From the NCBI GenBank assembly GCA_964270895.1, contig OZ185435.1: a DNA stretch of 64,000 nucleotides. One strand, 5' to 3'. The position numbers were made by a program, and so were the translations under genes. The DNA is from Podarcis filfolensis (taxonomy: Eukaryota). The notes beneath the pieces were generated by a model that saw only the letters and a list, made by a program, of their open reading frames with translations, searched no databases and was not told the DNA's origin. Within the stretch, counting starts at the first letter, position 1. Each line of letters starts with the position of its first letter. Shown here in pieces: positions 1 to 13,288 of the stretch.

Positions 1-1349
1 CCCTCCTCAATATAAGATGTGCACCCACTGTTGTAAAGATAAAATGAATATCCAGTTCTTACTAAAAAATATGTAATTCCACCCAAGTTGGTGACAATCA
101 TATTGGTAAAGTGTATGCCACCAATTTTTAGATGTGCTTTTCCAAGGCTACATTCCCTCAACTGTATAGTGAAAATATAATCAAAACCTGGTGCTTTTTC
201 TTCATACATTTTAGCTCTCTAAACTATGTCAGATTATTCCTCTCATAATCTGTCTGTCCAGTCTAAGGAACAGTGCGTCCACCCATCTGTCAGGGTCTAT
301 TTAGAGTGAGTGAGTGAGTGTGTTCTTAAAAATATATATAGGAACAAAATAAAATTTAGGAATTGTAGATTCACAATAACAAGTTACAGTATTAGTTGAA
401 GAACCATACCAACAGAACTGTAATCCACATGTTATTTTTTGGAAGCAAGTAGTATGCTCAGCAGATTCACAGTACAGTAGTTAGGAAGGGGGTACATCTG
501 TAGAAATATTTTGCCAATAGTTTTCTGGAAAAAGCAGAAATAAAGGGGTTAAGAGGGCATTCATTTCAACCAGACTGAAAAATGGATCCTCTCAAAAGCA
601 TAGTGAGAACAGCTCTGCCACATATGTCAGGCTTGAAAAGCCAGGACAAGAGGCATGGAGAAAGGGAGAGGGACCCCAAGGGTACGTCATAAGCAGCTGC
701 TAGTCCTGGTCATTCAGACACTTGGCCTGAACACTTTGGGTAGTGACACGGCCTTCCCCAGTCAGCCCAAACAGCCTACTGATGCCCTTTGGTGATCCCC
801 CTGGCCCCGTACCCCTTCACACATGTGCTATCCCAGCAGTCCCAGGCCAAGATGGTGGCTCATACCACCTTTCCATGCTCACAAAATGGCCTTTTTGTGA
901 TGGGTGCCCTGTATTGACATGCAGACAATTGCTGTGGCCTCAGCATGTTTGCATATGGAGAAAGACATGGGAAACAGGGCTTGGGTGTGGTTCTGGGGGT
1001 GTGAGGCTATATGGAGGACTGGAGCTGCTGCTCCAGCTTGCGGGAAGGGAGTGTTTTCCGCTGCTGCCAACCCTCCTTTCAAGGGATATAGGAGTCGCCC
1101 GGGACTTTCCCTGCAGAGGCCTCCCTACTTCCTCAACTTACATTGAGGTTGGGTTCCATACCAGCTGCTCTTTGGGAGTGTTTGGTGCTGTCTCTCATTG
1201 TCCTGAGACCTACTGCTCGGTTCCTGTGAGAGACAGAAGCTTTGAGGCAAGGTGTTGTCATTTGGATTATTTGGAGAGCAAACTTTGCTCAAAAGTGGCT
1301 GGTGTATTGCAGGATGCTTCCCACAGTGCAATGTACAAGTCACCATGAT

Positions 1350-1575
1350 CAGGGGCGGAGGAAGGGGGTCAGTGGGGACCAGCCGCCCCGGGTGTCACCA
1401 CTGAAGGGGGTGACAAAATGGCAGACGACACTCAGCGTGGGGCCTGCAGTGCTCCCAAGCCACGTGGGAGTGATGCAGTGGCTTGGGCACCCACAGGCTC
1501 CACACTGCCCCAAACAGTCCACCCGCCACTGTAGGGCGGCTGAGTGGGAGGAGGCAGGCAGAGTCCTTGAAGGTC
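1350..1575. mobile_element. hAT MITE, truncated copy of the 29554-29810 family in opposite orientation
   Basis: Starts CAGGGGCGGAGGAAG; the reverse complement aligns with 29600-29810. The second end was not found at the L2 junction. Confidence 0.8.
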
Positions 1576-1614
1576 CCATAAAGCGTCCTGCCCTGGCTCG
1601 CCCTGCCCCACGGG

Positions 1615-3752
1615 CAGCTTCCATTGCATCCGCTAGCTCTCGCCTGGCACAAGTTTTTAGAATAATTAGGTCGGTAACGTCCTCAGGGGGACAACCAAAT
1701 TTAAGCACAAATTCAACTCATAGCTGTGAGGTATTTGTGAGCTTTTTCACAGAGAAAGTCCTGTTGCTCCACCGTGACCTCCCTGCCAATTTAGATACAG
1801 TAATAGAACTGGAGGCCCCTTGACTGTCTTCAGGTCCAGTGCTGGACCATTTCGATCGGATACTCCCTGCTGATGTGGATAGATTCCTCCAAGCTGGCAG
1901 GCCCACCACTTGCCTCCTTGATCCGTGCCCATCTTGGCTGATTAGGGTGTGCCCAGACATTGCACGGATTCTCCTGGTTGAAATTATCAATTTGTCCCTT
2001 GGCACGGGGACATTCCCAGGGGAGCTGAAGGAAGGAGTGGTATGTCTGCTCTTAAAGAAAACTCCATTAGATCCTTCAGATCTATCCAATTACCACCCAG
2101 TTTCGAATCTTCCGTATCTGGGTAAGGTAATTGAGAGCTTGGTTGCTGAACAGCTTGGCAGGTTTCTGGAGGAAACATCGGCTTTAGATCCATTTCAGTC
2201 CGGTGTCCGTCCTGGTTTTGGGACCGAGATGACTCTGATCGCCCTAACAGATGATCTCCGTAGACAACTGGATCAAGGGAGGTCGGGACTGCTGATTCTC
2301 TTAGATTTGTCAGCAGCCTTTGATATGGTTGATCATTATCTTCTGGACCACCGCCTCACCGACGTGGGGATACAGGGCACAGCCCAACAATGGCTGTGCT
2401 CTTTTATCTCTGGTTGGGGACAGAGGGTGGCGCAAGGGAGGGAGATGTTGTCACGCCACTCCTTGGTGTGTGGAGTGCCGCAGGGCGCAATCCTCTCCCC
2501 TATGCTTTTAAACATCTTTATGCACCCCCTTGCCCAGATTGTCCAGAGCTTTGGGCTGGGTTGTCACGAATATGATGATGGCACTCAGCTCTATCTGTTG
2601 ATGGATGGCCACACCGACTTGGCCCCAGACACACTGACCAGGTGCTTGGAGGCTGTTGCTGGATGGTTTTGTGGGAGCCAATTGAAACTAAATCCTTCAA
2701 AGACAGATGTCCTCTGGCTGGGTCAGGATGGCATGGGGATGAGGGACTAACTCCCTTCTTCTGCAGGGGCCCAATTAGTGCCAGTGCCTTCCGTTAAGAG
2801 TTTGGGTGTAATCCTTGATGCCTCCCTTTCCATGGAGGCGCAGTTTACAGCAACAGCTAAGGCGACATTTTTCCACCTTCACCGCATTAAGCAGTTGGTC
2901 CCTTACCTTTCCCACCCTGATTTGGCCACAGTGATCCATGCAACAGTCACCTCCAGGCTTGACTACTGTAATTCACTCTACTTGGGGCTGCCCTTGAAAC
3001 TGTCCCACAAACTCCAGCGGGTGCAGAATGCTGCAGCGAGGCTCCTCACGGGGTCTCTGCCATGGGAGCATATTCACCCAGTGCTTTACCAGTTGCACTG
3101 GCTCCCGGTGGAGTATAGGGTCAGGTTCAAGGTGCTGGTTTTGACCTTTAAAGCCCTTTGTGACTTAGGGCCCTCATATTTACGGGACCCCCTCTCCTGG
3201 TATGCCCCACGGAGGACCTTAAGGTCCATGAATAACCATAGTTTAGATGTCCCAGGCCCTAAGGAAGTCAGACTATCCTCCACCAGGGCCAGGGCCTTTT
3301 CAGTGATGGCTCCGACCTGGTGGAATGCTCTGTCCCATGAGACTAGGGCCCTTCAGGATTTAACCTCCTTTCGACGGGCTTGTAAGACAGGGCTATTCCG
3401 CCTGGCCTTTAATTTTAATTCAGCCTGATCTTTTATTTCCCTTCTCTTTCCTCATAAGATTACCCGCTCTGGGACCCCACAGCTAATTCTCCCCTGGCCT
3501 CCTCGCTGGCCCAAGTAGGACTAATTAAGCCAGCTAGCCCTGGTGACTATCTAATGTTTCTTGGATGGATTTTCCCCAAACTGATTTTTGAACTTTGAAT
3601 TTTATTGTTATTCATGATTTTCTTGTGTATTTTATGCAGTTATGTGTTGTATTATAATTGTTTTAAATTTGAATTTGTTGTTAGCTGCCCTGAGCCCGGT
3701 TTTCTGAACCGGGAAGGGCGGGGTATAAATAAAAATTTATTATTATTTATTA
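1615..3752 (+). mobile_element. L2-clade LINE, 5'-truncated, inactive
   Basis: ORFs 1839-2750 and 2778-3428 give non-LTR RT motifs (NYHPVSNLPYLGK, LLDLSAAFDMVDH, GVPQGAILSP) and the L2 C-terminus. The catalytic motif is decayed (EYDDGTQ). The 3' end has a GCTGCCC...GGGCGG hairpin and a (TAT)n tail. Confidence 0.92.
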
Positions 3753-6269
3753 TGGGCAGCTGGCCCCGTCCCTGGGCGTAGGGCATGCATGCCGCCTCAG
3801 GCACCCAATCAGCTTGCTCTGCCGCTGACCATGATGCCCTAAGCCCTCCTCCCGAGCATAAAGTCCCTGCATTAGGAGCTCATTCATCATCATGCTGTGC
3901 CACAAGAGGCAGAATGTGAGCTGTGGTTGGAGCATGAATGGCTTACATCCTGGGGGTACTTTGCTCTGATTGGTGGATGCTGCATCCTTTACCACTTTCA
4001 GGCTGGTGTGGGTATGGCCTTGGGCCTGAGGTTCTGCAATTGGGTCTATCCCATTGACTTCTTTGAAGCTTTGTGAATTAAACCATTCATTTAGTGGCAA
4101 CTCACGCCAGGTTGTGGGAGCAGGACTGTAAACTGAGCAGAGTATCTCCACATCGCATCTCTTTCCTGCCCCCAACATGCCCTTTTGGGTAGGCTTTGTA
4201 TCAGGCATGTCTCCTGTAGCAGGCACATTCGCCATCCACTGCCTTCCAGCAGACATAGCAGTAGGGTGGAATTTACACTGAGCTGGCATGGACTTGGCTT
4301 AGCTGGAGGGGGGTAGATAACCACATCCTAACCCCCTCCAGTCTGCAGTATCTAGGGCTTGCATTGCACAGCTGACTAAACACATTCAACCTATAAATTC
4401 ATTAAAATGGCAATGAAAATCATACCTTGTCAGCAGATGAGTTCTTAAATTAAAGTATATATCTACACTAAAAGTATATATCTACCTCTCCCCCTTTTAT
4501 TATAAAAAGATGCTGGTGAAAAGCAAGATCTTTATCTGCTTAGGAAACTACCTCCAGTCCTTGTTTTCGGGAAGGGGAGAATGGGGAAGCATACTTTATA
4601 GTGTAATCATCTTGATTTGCTTTCACAGCGATAAATTAACTTGTGCCAGCATATTTGTTTCATCATCCCATCTCTCATAACCTTCCCAAGCCTGCAGAAT
4701 ACCTGTGATTACTTGCTTATCCAGTTTAGCACCTTTATTGTGTGGGTGGTTCATCTGTGCAGCTGCTCCCTTGAGGGGCAGAAACTGCCGTCAGTTTGGG
4801 GGAATCCAGGCAATAATGCTGTATCATGTGCAAAACAGCCAATTAGCAAACCAAAATGACCTCCCTTTGTGTCCAATTTGCAGTGAAATATTAAAGGAAA
4901 CTGAACAGACTGATTACGCCTGGCTAATATCTGTACGCGCGCACACGTACACAGGCAGCCTATTTTAATTCTTGTTCAGCATGCACAACAAATGCTCTCT
5001 TCTCCTTCTACAACACTCACTAGTATTCCCGCAATTCAGCTGCTGCAGCACTTCATCAGTGATTCTGTACACAGCCTACAAGATATGCTACTACACTCCA
5101 GCAAGCAGGTTCTATCTCTCCATAGGGACAGAGGATCTGAGTTAGTGTCAATCTCCTTTCGGCAATTAGAATTAATGACACTGCCATTTACATATGCATA
5201 AATGTTTATACACAGAAAAGAAACCTGCTTGGTACATTTTCAAATTTCTCCTTACAATGGTAGGTTTTTTGATGGAAGCAAGCAATGTGCAGTGTTGATT
5301 TTTCATTCTCAGTGACCTGAAAAACCTTGGGAAAAGAAAAAACAAGGAGCTGCTGAATATTTTCTGCTTCTATTGATATATTCCCAGAAAGGCTTAACAT
5401 CACCCACTATTTCTCTTTGAATTAAGAATCCTAGAGATACCAATTACATGTGGGCCAGAATCCTGGAGCTACCCAGATATGTGGTTTTTGTTTTAGATGA
5501 CATTTTGCCTAGGAATCATGTTACAGGATGAGCAAGTCAGATTAGCAAGTCTGGGGGCCATTTTATTCAGAACGCATTCTCACAAAACAGGGATCTGCAG
5601 GTTCAGCAGTGGGTTTCCTGCTATTACAGTGTCAGGGATCTGACTCACTCATTCAGCAGATGCTTAAAACAGAAGTTTGCTCACCTGATCCACAATCAGA
5701 ACATGACAGCTGTTGCTGCACATTGTAAATTATAGCTCAGTGTCCCTTCCTACATGTCTAGAATACATGAGGCACATGTTTGCCTAGAGGAGAGAAATAG
5801 CGTAAATTCAAGCCTCTTGCTTTTATATAGCCCCACTGTCAGTAACCCATAAAAAAGTAAGCATGCTGAAACCTCATCAAAATATGCAACCCTGCATATA
5901 TACTATATTGATTGGCCTATCAGGAAAGATACTATCATGTCCAAGAGGACAGCCCTGTGGTTAATGAGAAGAGTCAAGGCAGCAATCAGAGGCAATAGGT
6001 TTTCTTCAGAACATGGGAACCTTGCCCAAAGGAGGAGAATGGAAGGAAATACAGATTTTGTCAAAAGGGATACAATAAGGGATACAAAAGAAGAACAGGA
6101 GGAGGAAGAATTTGAGAAATTTGCTTTTAAAAAATATATTAAGGCAAAGTTATTTTAAAACACTCTTTTTAAAAGAAAAATATTATTTTAATGCATCAGA
6201 AGCAAGAAACCAATAAGGGAGTCACTTGTGCCACTGGATGATAAGTGAAGGGCTATGCTGTATTTATAA

Positions 6270-6420
6270 AGCCCTAGATTCAATCTCTGGCATCTCCAGG
6301 TAGGGCTGGAGACACCTTGGTCTGAAACCATGGAGAGTCACAGCTCGTCACTGTAGGCAATATTGGGTGAAATGAACCAAGGGTCTGACTTGCCATAGGG
6401 CAGTTTCCTATGTTCCTAAC
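6270..6420 (+). mobile_element. Old SINE with CR1-type tail (Squam2-like), 3' part
   Basis: TTCAATCTCTGGCATCTCCAGGTAGGGCTGG...GGCAGTTTCCTATGTTCCTA. The family name is from recall. Confidence 0.65.
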
Positions 6421-6959
6421 AGCACAATCTATGCATGCCAACTCAGAAGTCCCTCTGAGTTCAAAGGAGCTTTCTCCCAGGTAAATGTGCATAGGATTGC
6501 AGCCTAGGGGAGTTAAAGGTGTGTTGCAGAAGGTTAAGGGGCATGCAAAGAAGCTGAATGGATTCTTTGTTTCTGCCTTCACTGATGGATTTATGGAACA
6601 AGGACACTCGAATTGACATTTTTAGGAAGGAAGTCTTTAGAATTCAGGCAACTATTGATGACAAGAGATGACGATCTAGGTTTTATCAAGAAATTAAGAA
6701 AGATTAACAAATAACCACCAGGTCCAGACAATATCCAACAAAAAGTTATTAAAACTCCAATGTAAAATTATTGGTCTTTAACAAAGATATGTAACTTGTC
6801 CCTAAGATCAGACTTATTATCTGGAAGGTGGCCAGAGTAACATCAGTTTTAAAGGGGGGTTGGAGGTGGGATGGATGACCTGCCAGTTAGTTTTATGTCT
6901 GTTTCATATGAACTGGTAGGAAACATTTAAGGAAAAGGCTATGTGGAACATAGGAGGAC

Positions 6960-7345
6960 ATGTCTTGATAAAAAGCATCATTGCTTCTACCATAGTATGT
7001 CCTGCCTCACTAACCTCTTAGAGTTCTTTAAGAGTGTCAGCAAGAATCTTGATAGCAAGTGATCCAGGAGACATTGTGTACCAGAACTACTAAAAGTCGC
7101 TCACCAAATGCTCCTAAGCAGACTTAGCAGAGAGGGGATAAGAAGAGAGATCCTCTTATAGATTAGTTACTAATTAAAGAACAGAAAGCAGAAGATAAAG
7201 ATGAATGGAAAGTTCTCATAATGGAGGGGTGTACAAGTGGCTTCCCACAGTGTTGGATTTGTGTGTTTTCTTAACTTCCCCATAAATGATCCACTGTTCG
7301 GGGTGAGGACAGAGGTGGCAAAGTTTACTAATGATACCAAATAAC
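6960..7345 (+). mobile_element. Old CR1 RT fragment
   Basis: Degenerate SCLTNLLEFF...RGI...VAKFTNDTK, matching CR1 RT motifs. Confidence 0.8.
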
Positions 7346-7411
7346 GCAGCTGGTATCTCAGAGCAATAATACAAAAGAAGAAATCAAATTTATTAACTTA
7401 TGCTTTTGATT

Positions 7412-8542
7412 GCAGTCTCTAAATCTAATCAATGGAGAGACCGGGGAATTATGTCAGAATGCTGTTTATTGATTATAGCTCGGCTTTTAATACCATCCTT
7501 CCTGACATTCTTATTAAAAAGCTGATGGACCTGGACCTTTCCCCTACCATCTGCGATTGGATTAAAGACTTTCTGAGGGATCGCACACCAATAGTGAGGA
7601 TTGGGCCTGTTACATTTCCCTCCCTGAAGCTCAGCACTGGCACCCCACAGGGATGCGTGCTGAGTCCCTACCTGTACTTGTTGTATACATATGATTGTAT
7701 TTCATCTGATCCATCCACTGTAATTATTAAGTTTGCAGATGATAGCACCATAATGGGTCTAATTACAGGTGGAGATGAACCAGCGTATAGGGAGGAGGTT
7801 CAAAAAGTCTCCACATGGTGCCTAGAGAACAACTTGCACCTAAATGTCAGTAAGACAAAGGAGATGGTGTTGGACTTTCGGAGGAAGAGAAAGGAACTAG
7901 CCCCATTGTATATCAGGAGTGTATGTGTGGAGAGAGTCTCTTCCTTTAAATTCCTGGGAGTTTACCTTAGTGAAGATCTCACTTGGAAAATCAATACAAC
8001 CCAGGTGGTTAGGAAGGCCCAACAGAGACTCCATTTCCTCAGGGTCTTGGTAAAGAACAATGTCAAACAAAAATTGATGATCTCCTTCTACCGGGCCACA
8101 ATAGAAAGTGTCCTTTCATACTGTATAACAGTGTGGTACACTGGTTTGACAGACACGGACAGGAAGTCCCTACAGAGGGTGGCGAATACAGCACATGACA
8201 TCATGGGTTGTCCTCGGAGTTCGCTAGATGACATCGCTGGAGACCGCTGCCTCAGGCAGGAGAGCGGAGAAAATTCTTAGGGACGACTCACACCCCTGGC
8301 CAGCACTTCTTTAATTTCCTACCTTCAGGCAGGATAAACAGTAGGATAGTCAGCCGCACCAACAGGTTAAAGAACAGTTTTTATCCCTGGGCTGTTGGGC
8401 TGCTGAATGGAAAAAAAATAGTGGTGTAATTGACTTCTGACAAGCACACAGAGCGTGAACAAGACCGAGTGTATGGGGGGGGGGCTCATTTAATTTCACT
8501 GCACACAGGTGGTGTAGTGACAATAAAGGTTTATTATTATAT
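7412..8542 (+). mobile_element. Rex1/Babar non-LTR retrotransposon, 3' part
   Basis: 282-aa ORF with YVRMLFIDYSSAFNTI, GTPQGCVLSP, IIKFADD, LNVSKTKEMVLDFRR, KAQQRLHFLR and FYRATIESVL. After frameshifts it continues PSGR...RLKNSFYPWAVGLLN. A short 3'UTR ends AATAAAGGTTTATTATTA. Confidence 0.9.
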
Positions 8543-10286
8543 TAATGTACTTTATCTTTTTCATCTCATACTAAGGATAACCTGCAGAAGCAAGTATGGC
8601 ATCTCCCATTACATAAATTATTTTGCCATATTTCCACTATCATCACGTCCATGTGCCTCAGAGTAATGTGACGAGTTCTGCATAGAGTGGGCCATTTTCT
8701 GAAGTGAGGGTCTTCTTGGTGAATCCATTGTTGTTATGCAATCTGCTCCAAGGGAAGGCTGCCAAGCTCTCCTTTTTGAGCCTTGGAAAAATGGCTAAGA
8801 TGTGAGTGTTTAGTCAGGCTTTTCATAGCTATTATTCTACTATATTTTTGTGGTACTTATTATGGCTTTATTTTGAGGTTTGTAAGTTGCTTTAAGAGCT
8901 CAGGTTGTAGAGCTGGACACAGACACACACACACGCACACAAAACCATTATAAGTAACTAATTGCGTTCTCAAAGGTGCTTTTTCTCTTTTCTTTTAATC
9001 TCACTTGAACTGCACTTCTTATTTTGGGTCCTCTAACCAATCATGGAGAAGCAAATTGACCTGCCAAAGTCCATTTTGGGTTATTATCTTCCAGGAATGT
9101 TTGGGAGGGCAGAAGTGTCAGTGATAAACCGCCCTAATGCCACTGGCCTATTAAGAAAATATATGAACAGCTGCTTCAAATATAGAGATGACATTGATTT
9201 CTGGAACACCATTTATTTAAATGGAGATTACTTCCCTGCAATATGGTTAGGGCAGAGTGTTGAGGGGGTTTGTTTATTTATTTACTTGTAGGCTTGAGTT
9301 TAGGTGCCATCAGTATTCTTAGAAGAAGTATAGCTCTACAAAGTAATTTGCAATTCTACTTCTGTTGCCATTCTTGCTCAAAGGAGTACCCCATCTTCTA
9401 CTCCAACTCATCACCTCCATTTTGTTCTGTAGTAAAATAATATTTTGTTTCTTTTAAAAATTCATCAAGTTGTCTGTGATGGTTTATAACACAAAAAGAG
9501 CTTTTGAAGTGATTTTAATTCCTCTCCTTTCAGGAGTTCACCTATATTCTCTCTCTCTCTTCAGCTTGGTTTCCCACCCTTTAATGAAATCCTGACAGTT
9601 AACTGTATTTTCAGTTTATTTTTGGAAATTCTCAGGAGTTCCCTGACAACTGCTAAGGTTTGATAAATTGCATCTTCTTAAAAGGCTATTGATTTGTTCT
9701 TTAAAAATTCTGGGTCAGGCCTGTTGCCACAGGTCATCTACAATTGAACAAGATGTATCTGTATGTTTTTATCTCTCAGCTGAAAAGTTTGCATGAGAAT
9801 TCAGGCTGTCATGACTGAAGGTACATCTTTAAAACACTTGGATTTTGCAATGATTCATGCAGCATGAAAGAACCCTTTCTAAAATTGAAATGGATTACTC
9901 AAAGTGGTGTTAATATAGACTAAAGGACTGTGACACAGAATAATTTTGTTTTGTTTTGTTTTTTGTTAAGCTTCAAACTCAGAAAACTTTACAATACAGT
10001 TTGGTAACTAAAAAATGAATAAGGGGAAAAAAGAATGGATGAAAGTCACGAGAGCTTTGCAAAATCCTATCTTTGAAAACTGGAGGAACCATATTGCTGT
10101 GAGGTAAAGTTTCACCCTTATAAGAGTGTTTTAATGATTTATATTCTGATCAGAATGTAAACTACAAGAAGGATAGCTGTGTCTCTTACCTCTTGCTAGA
10201 GCCAGAGGGAAGATACAAAATATACAAGGCCGCTAGCAGTGGGATGAGTGACAAACTGTCACTGCTGCTAAGAAAATGGCTGTACG

Positions 10287-10435
10287 CAGTGCTTTTTTTC
10301 TGGGGCGCCGCAGGGGTACACATACCCCTAAACATTTTGCGAATCTAAGTTTGGCCTCATTGAGGGGCAGTATTCCAATATGAGTAGGAAAATGAGAGTA
10401 CCCCTAAACATTATTTTAGGGGGGGGGAAGCACTA
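10287..10435. mobile_element. hAT-type MITE
   Basis: CAGTGCTTTTTTT...AAGCACTA ends; TSD GCTGTACG / GCCGTACG. Confidence 0.75.
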
Positions 10436-10528
10436 GCCGTACGGTATATACATACTGGGTTTTGACTTTTATATACAAAGCAGTAGCATAAAACAGCAGT
10501 CAGTTTATGACTGGTAGTTTGATGGACA

Positions 10529-11110
10529 TGTCATTCAAATCTATTGGCCCGGTATTTTAGATCAATGGAGTTTCCAGATTCCATCAGAAACAAATTGATT
10601 GGCTGGAGGGGAAATGAAGCCAGGTTCAGCACTGGGGGTGGGTGGATGTCACAATAAAGAGTTGTTTGATGATAAAAGAGTTTCGGTGAGGGACTTAGAG
10701 GAAGCTGAGAGGAGAAGGAGAAGCAAATCTGAAAGATGAAATAACTTGAGGGAAGGGCTCCGAAGGTCTGCAAGACAGGAATGGGAGACTCCAGCAGCAG
10801 CCTTTGGAAGAGCGAAGGGTAGAGTGACAGCAGATGGAAGCTGACCAGAGTGAAGACTTTGATGGAGGTGGAAAGGGACCAGAGAGAAGTGAAGCCCTCT
10901 TGGCAACCCTGCGGGCTGCAGTTACGAAAGGCAATAGTTTAAGAGTATTACGGGGGGGGGAACTAGAGCAAGTATCCTATGTATCTTGTTAAAGCAACCA
11001 TTAATAGTGTGCATTTTCTAGTATATTATATTAATAGCAACCTGTAATCAACTTTATCTTTGTTTTACTTTTATATAAGCAGTACTGTTCGGTTTTGTCC
11101 TGTGCTTACA
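10529..11110 (+). mobile_element. Possible solo LTR
   Basis: TGTCA...TTACA ends and a purine-rich body similar in character to 37201-37768; no TSD found. Confidence 0.35.
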
Positions 11111-11581
11111 CCCAGCTACTATGGTTTACCTCAGAGTAGAATTGATGAACATGATGTAGGCCTCTTAATTTCAATGAGCCTACCCTGAGTAAAACTTGAA
11201 TATCACCCTATATTTGTGAAAGGGGTAGTTGCATCAATTTAAGGTTTAAAGCGGTGGCAACTTTTGATAAAGTAGAGACTAAGCTGTGAGATGGAAAGGT
11301 TTAAGCTGCTTAAGGCCTCCACACAAACGCACACCAGTGCAGAGATAGTTTAGCACGCTTATGCCATGCCAAAAATATTGGGAACATTATGATCCACTGG
11401 AATTGAATCTCTGGGAAGACGCACTTTGAAAGACTCTGCCTCCATTGTTCGTATAATATCCCATCTATAATATCCCATCTTAGAAAGAAATTATCTGCAA
11501 CAAAAAAAAGTTTATTTGCCCTTTTTACATTGCAAAACACAGGATAAGTTCTTGATAGGCTTGATAGTTCCCTTAGGTTTA

Positions 11582-11806
11582 CAGTGGTACCTCGGGTTAC
11601 AGACGCTTCAGGTTACAGACTCCGCTAACCCAGAAATAGTACCTCAGGTTAAGAACTTTGCTCCAGGATGCGAACAGAAATTGTGCAGCAGCGGCACGGC
11701 AGCAGCAGGAGGCCCCATTAGCTAAGTGGTGCTTCAGGTTAAGAACAGTTTCAGGTTAAGAACAGACCTCCAGAACAAATTAAGTTCTTAACCCAAGGTA
11801 CCACTG
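11582..11806. mobile_element. Tc1/mariner (Tigger/pogo-like) MITE
   Basis: TIRs CAGTGGTACCTCGGGTTA / TAACCCAAGGTACCACTG flanked by TA on both sides. Confidence 0.92.
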
Positions 11807-13288
11807 TATAGGTATTTGGAGGAACAGAGGACCTGTAGGCCCACTGGAGTTCATCGGGTAAATGCAACTCTTCTAAGTCAACAGGGACCATGCCACTCAG
11901 ATAGAGTGAGTATTGCCAGATAAATGGTGATTCTCTTTCTGTTCCTCTCTCCCAGAAGATGCCTTTATTGCATATTACTTAATGAATCAGTGGCTATTTC
12001 TGCAGAGCAGATGTCAACCACTGTGTCTCTCCCCTATTCCTGCACTATTACTACACCACAATCTAATCTCAATTATTTCAATTTAAAATTACTTATTGTC
12101 CCATTCTGTATTTACTAAGGAAAGCCATATAATCATATTAATATTCCAACTAAAATATGGTTTATGAGTGCAGATTGCAAAATGGCACGTCTGTGTTGTG
12201 CAAATCTGTTACTAATCAGAAGAATTTTTTAATCTAAGCATGGCTGCTACTTAATGGTTTCTTAATTATGCAAAGGGCTAATCAATTTTTTTAAAGTGTT
12301 CAAGTGATTAAAAGAAGCTATGGCAATCATCTGATATAAAAGCGAACCATTTAGAGATGACTCATGAAATAAATAATTTATTTGCCAAGGCAGGGGAAAT
12401 TCACTCTATTTTTGAGTGTGTGGCCTTGATGAGCTTTCATACTCTCTCTGACTGTCTGTATTTCTCTTCACACAGGCTGTTGTAAGCCAGTAAGAGGCAA
12501 AATGATACTATATATAGCATAGAACCATTGATTGGTGCTTGTACAGCACTTTTCCCTGCTTGGTGATTTCAAAGTATTCCACTAGATGATTTAGGGCACA
12601 ATCCTATTTGAGAGTCACTGACTGGGGAGGAGGCATAGAATGCGGCAGAGTGCAAGATATGTTGCCATGACAGATGCAATTGGTGAACACTTCAGATTAT
12701 GTTGGCAGGCCATAAGAGAAGACCACCCTGTGACCAGGATGTTTCTAGCTTTTCCTCCATGGTATTGTTAATGTACTTGCCCTCCTGATATCCTTCCAAG
12801 CTCCATGACAGAGAGTTATGCAAAGTGCCACCAGGGATATTGCACCTGCTACGCTGCTGTATCCCAAGCCATTGTCTAAGGCACAGGAGCCATGCTGGGG
12901 TGACAAGTTGGCAATCACACACACGTGCCTCCCTTTTGGGATCCACTCCATCCCAGATGCAATTCAGATCAGGCTTTGACTTTGCCACATGTGTTTCTCT
13001 TGGTGCTGCGGAGGAGGAATGGTAGATACGGATCCCTCATCCACATCCTGGTATCATCATCTTACCTCTGCTTCAAAGAGGATATTTTGAAGGGAGCTTG
13101 CCCCTCAGAGGCAATGGTCCTTGCTTCCTCTGTTGGAGTGAGAGCGGCATGACTTTTAGGGTACACAACTGGTGTGTATAACACAGGCAGATCAGGAAGA
13201 GAATGAGAAGGAGGAGAGGATGTGAATTCCACTGGCATGTAACACAACTTTTTGGGGAAATAATAGAAAGGGGCTAAAGGACAATTAA

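Noticed and set aside
1-300. Possible minus-strand LINE RT remnant (KAPGFD-like)
   Set aside because: Too degenerate and cut by the window edge.
660-1348. 201-aa ORF and patchy similarity to the reverse complement of 14960-15080; also the 179-aa ORF at 3750-4289
   Set aside because: No recognisable domain; the shared words are only 10-15 nt. Needs a proper alignment.
12690-13150. GC-richer segment with an LPFG-like motif (HTCLPFGIHSIPDAIQ)
   Set aside because: A single short motif with no other RT motifs in register. It may be a very old retroelement but cannot be supported.
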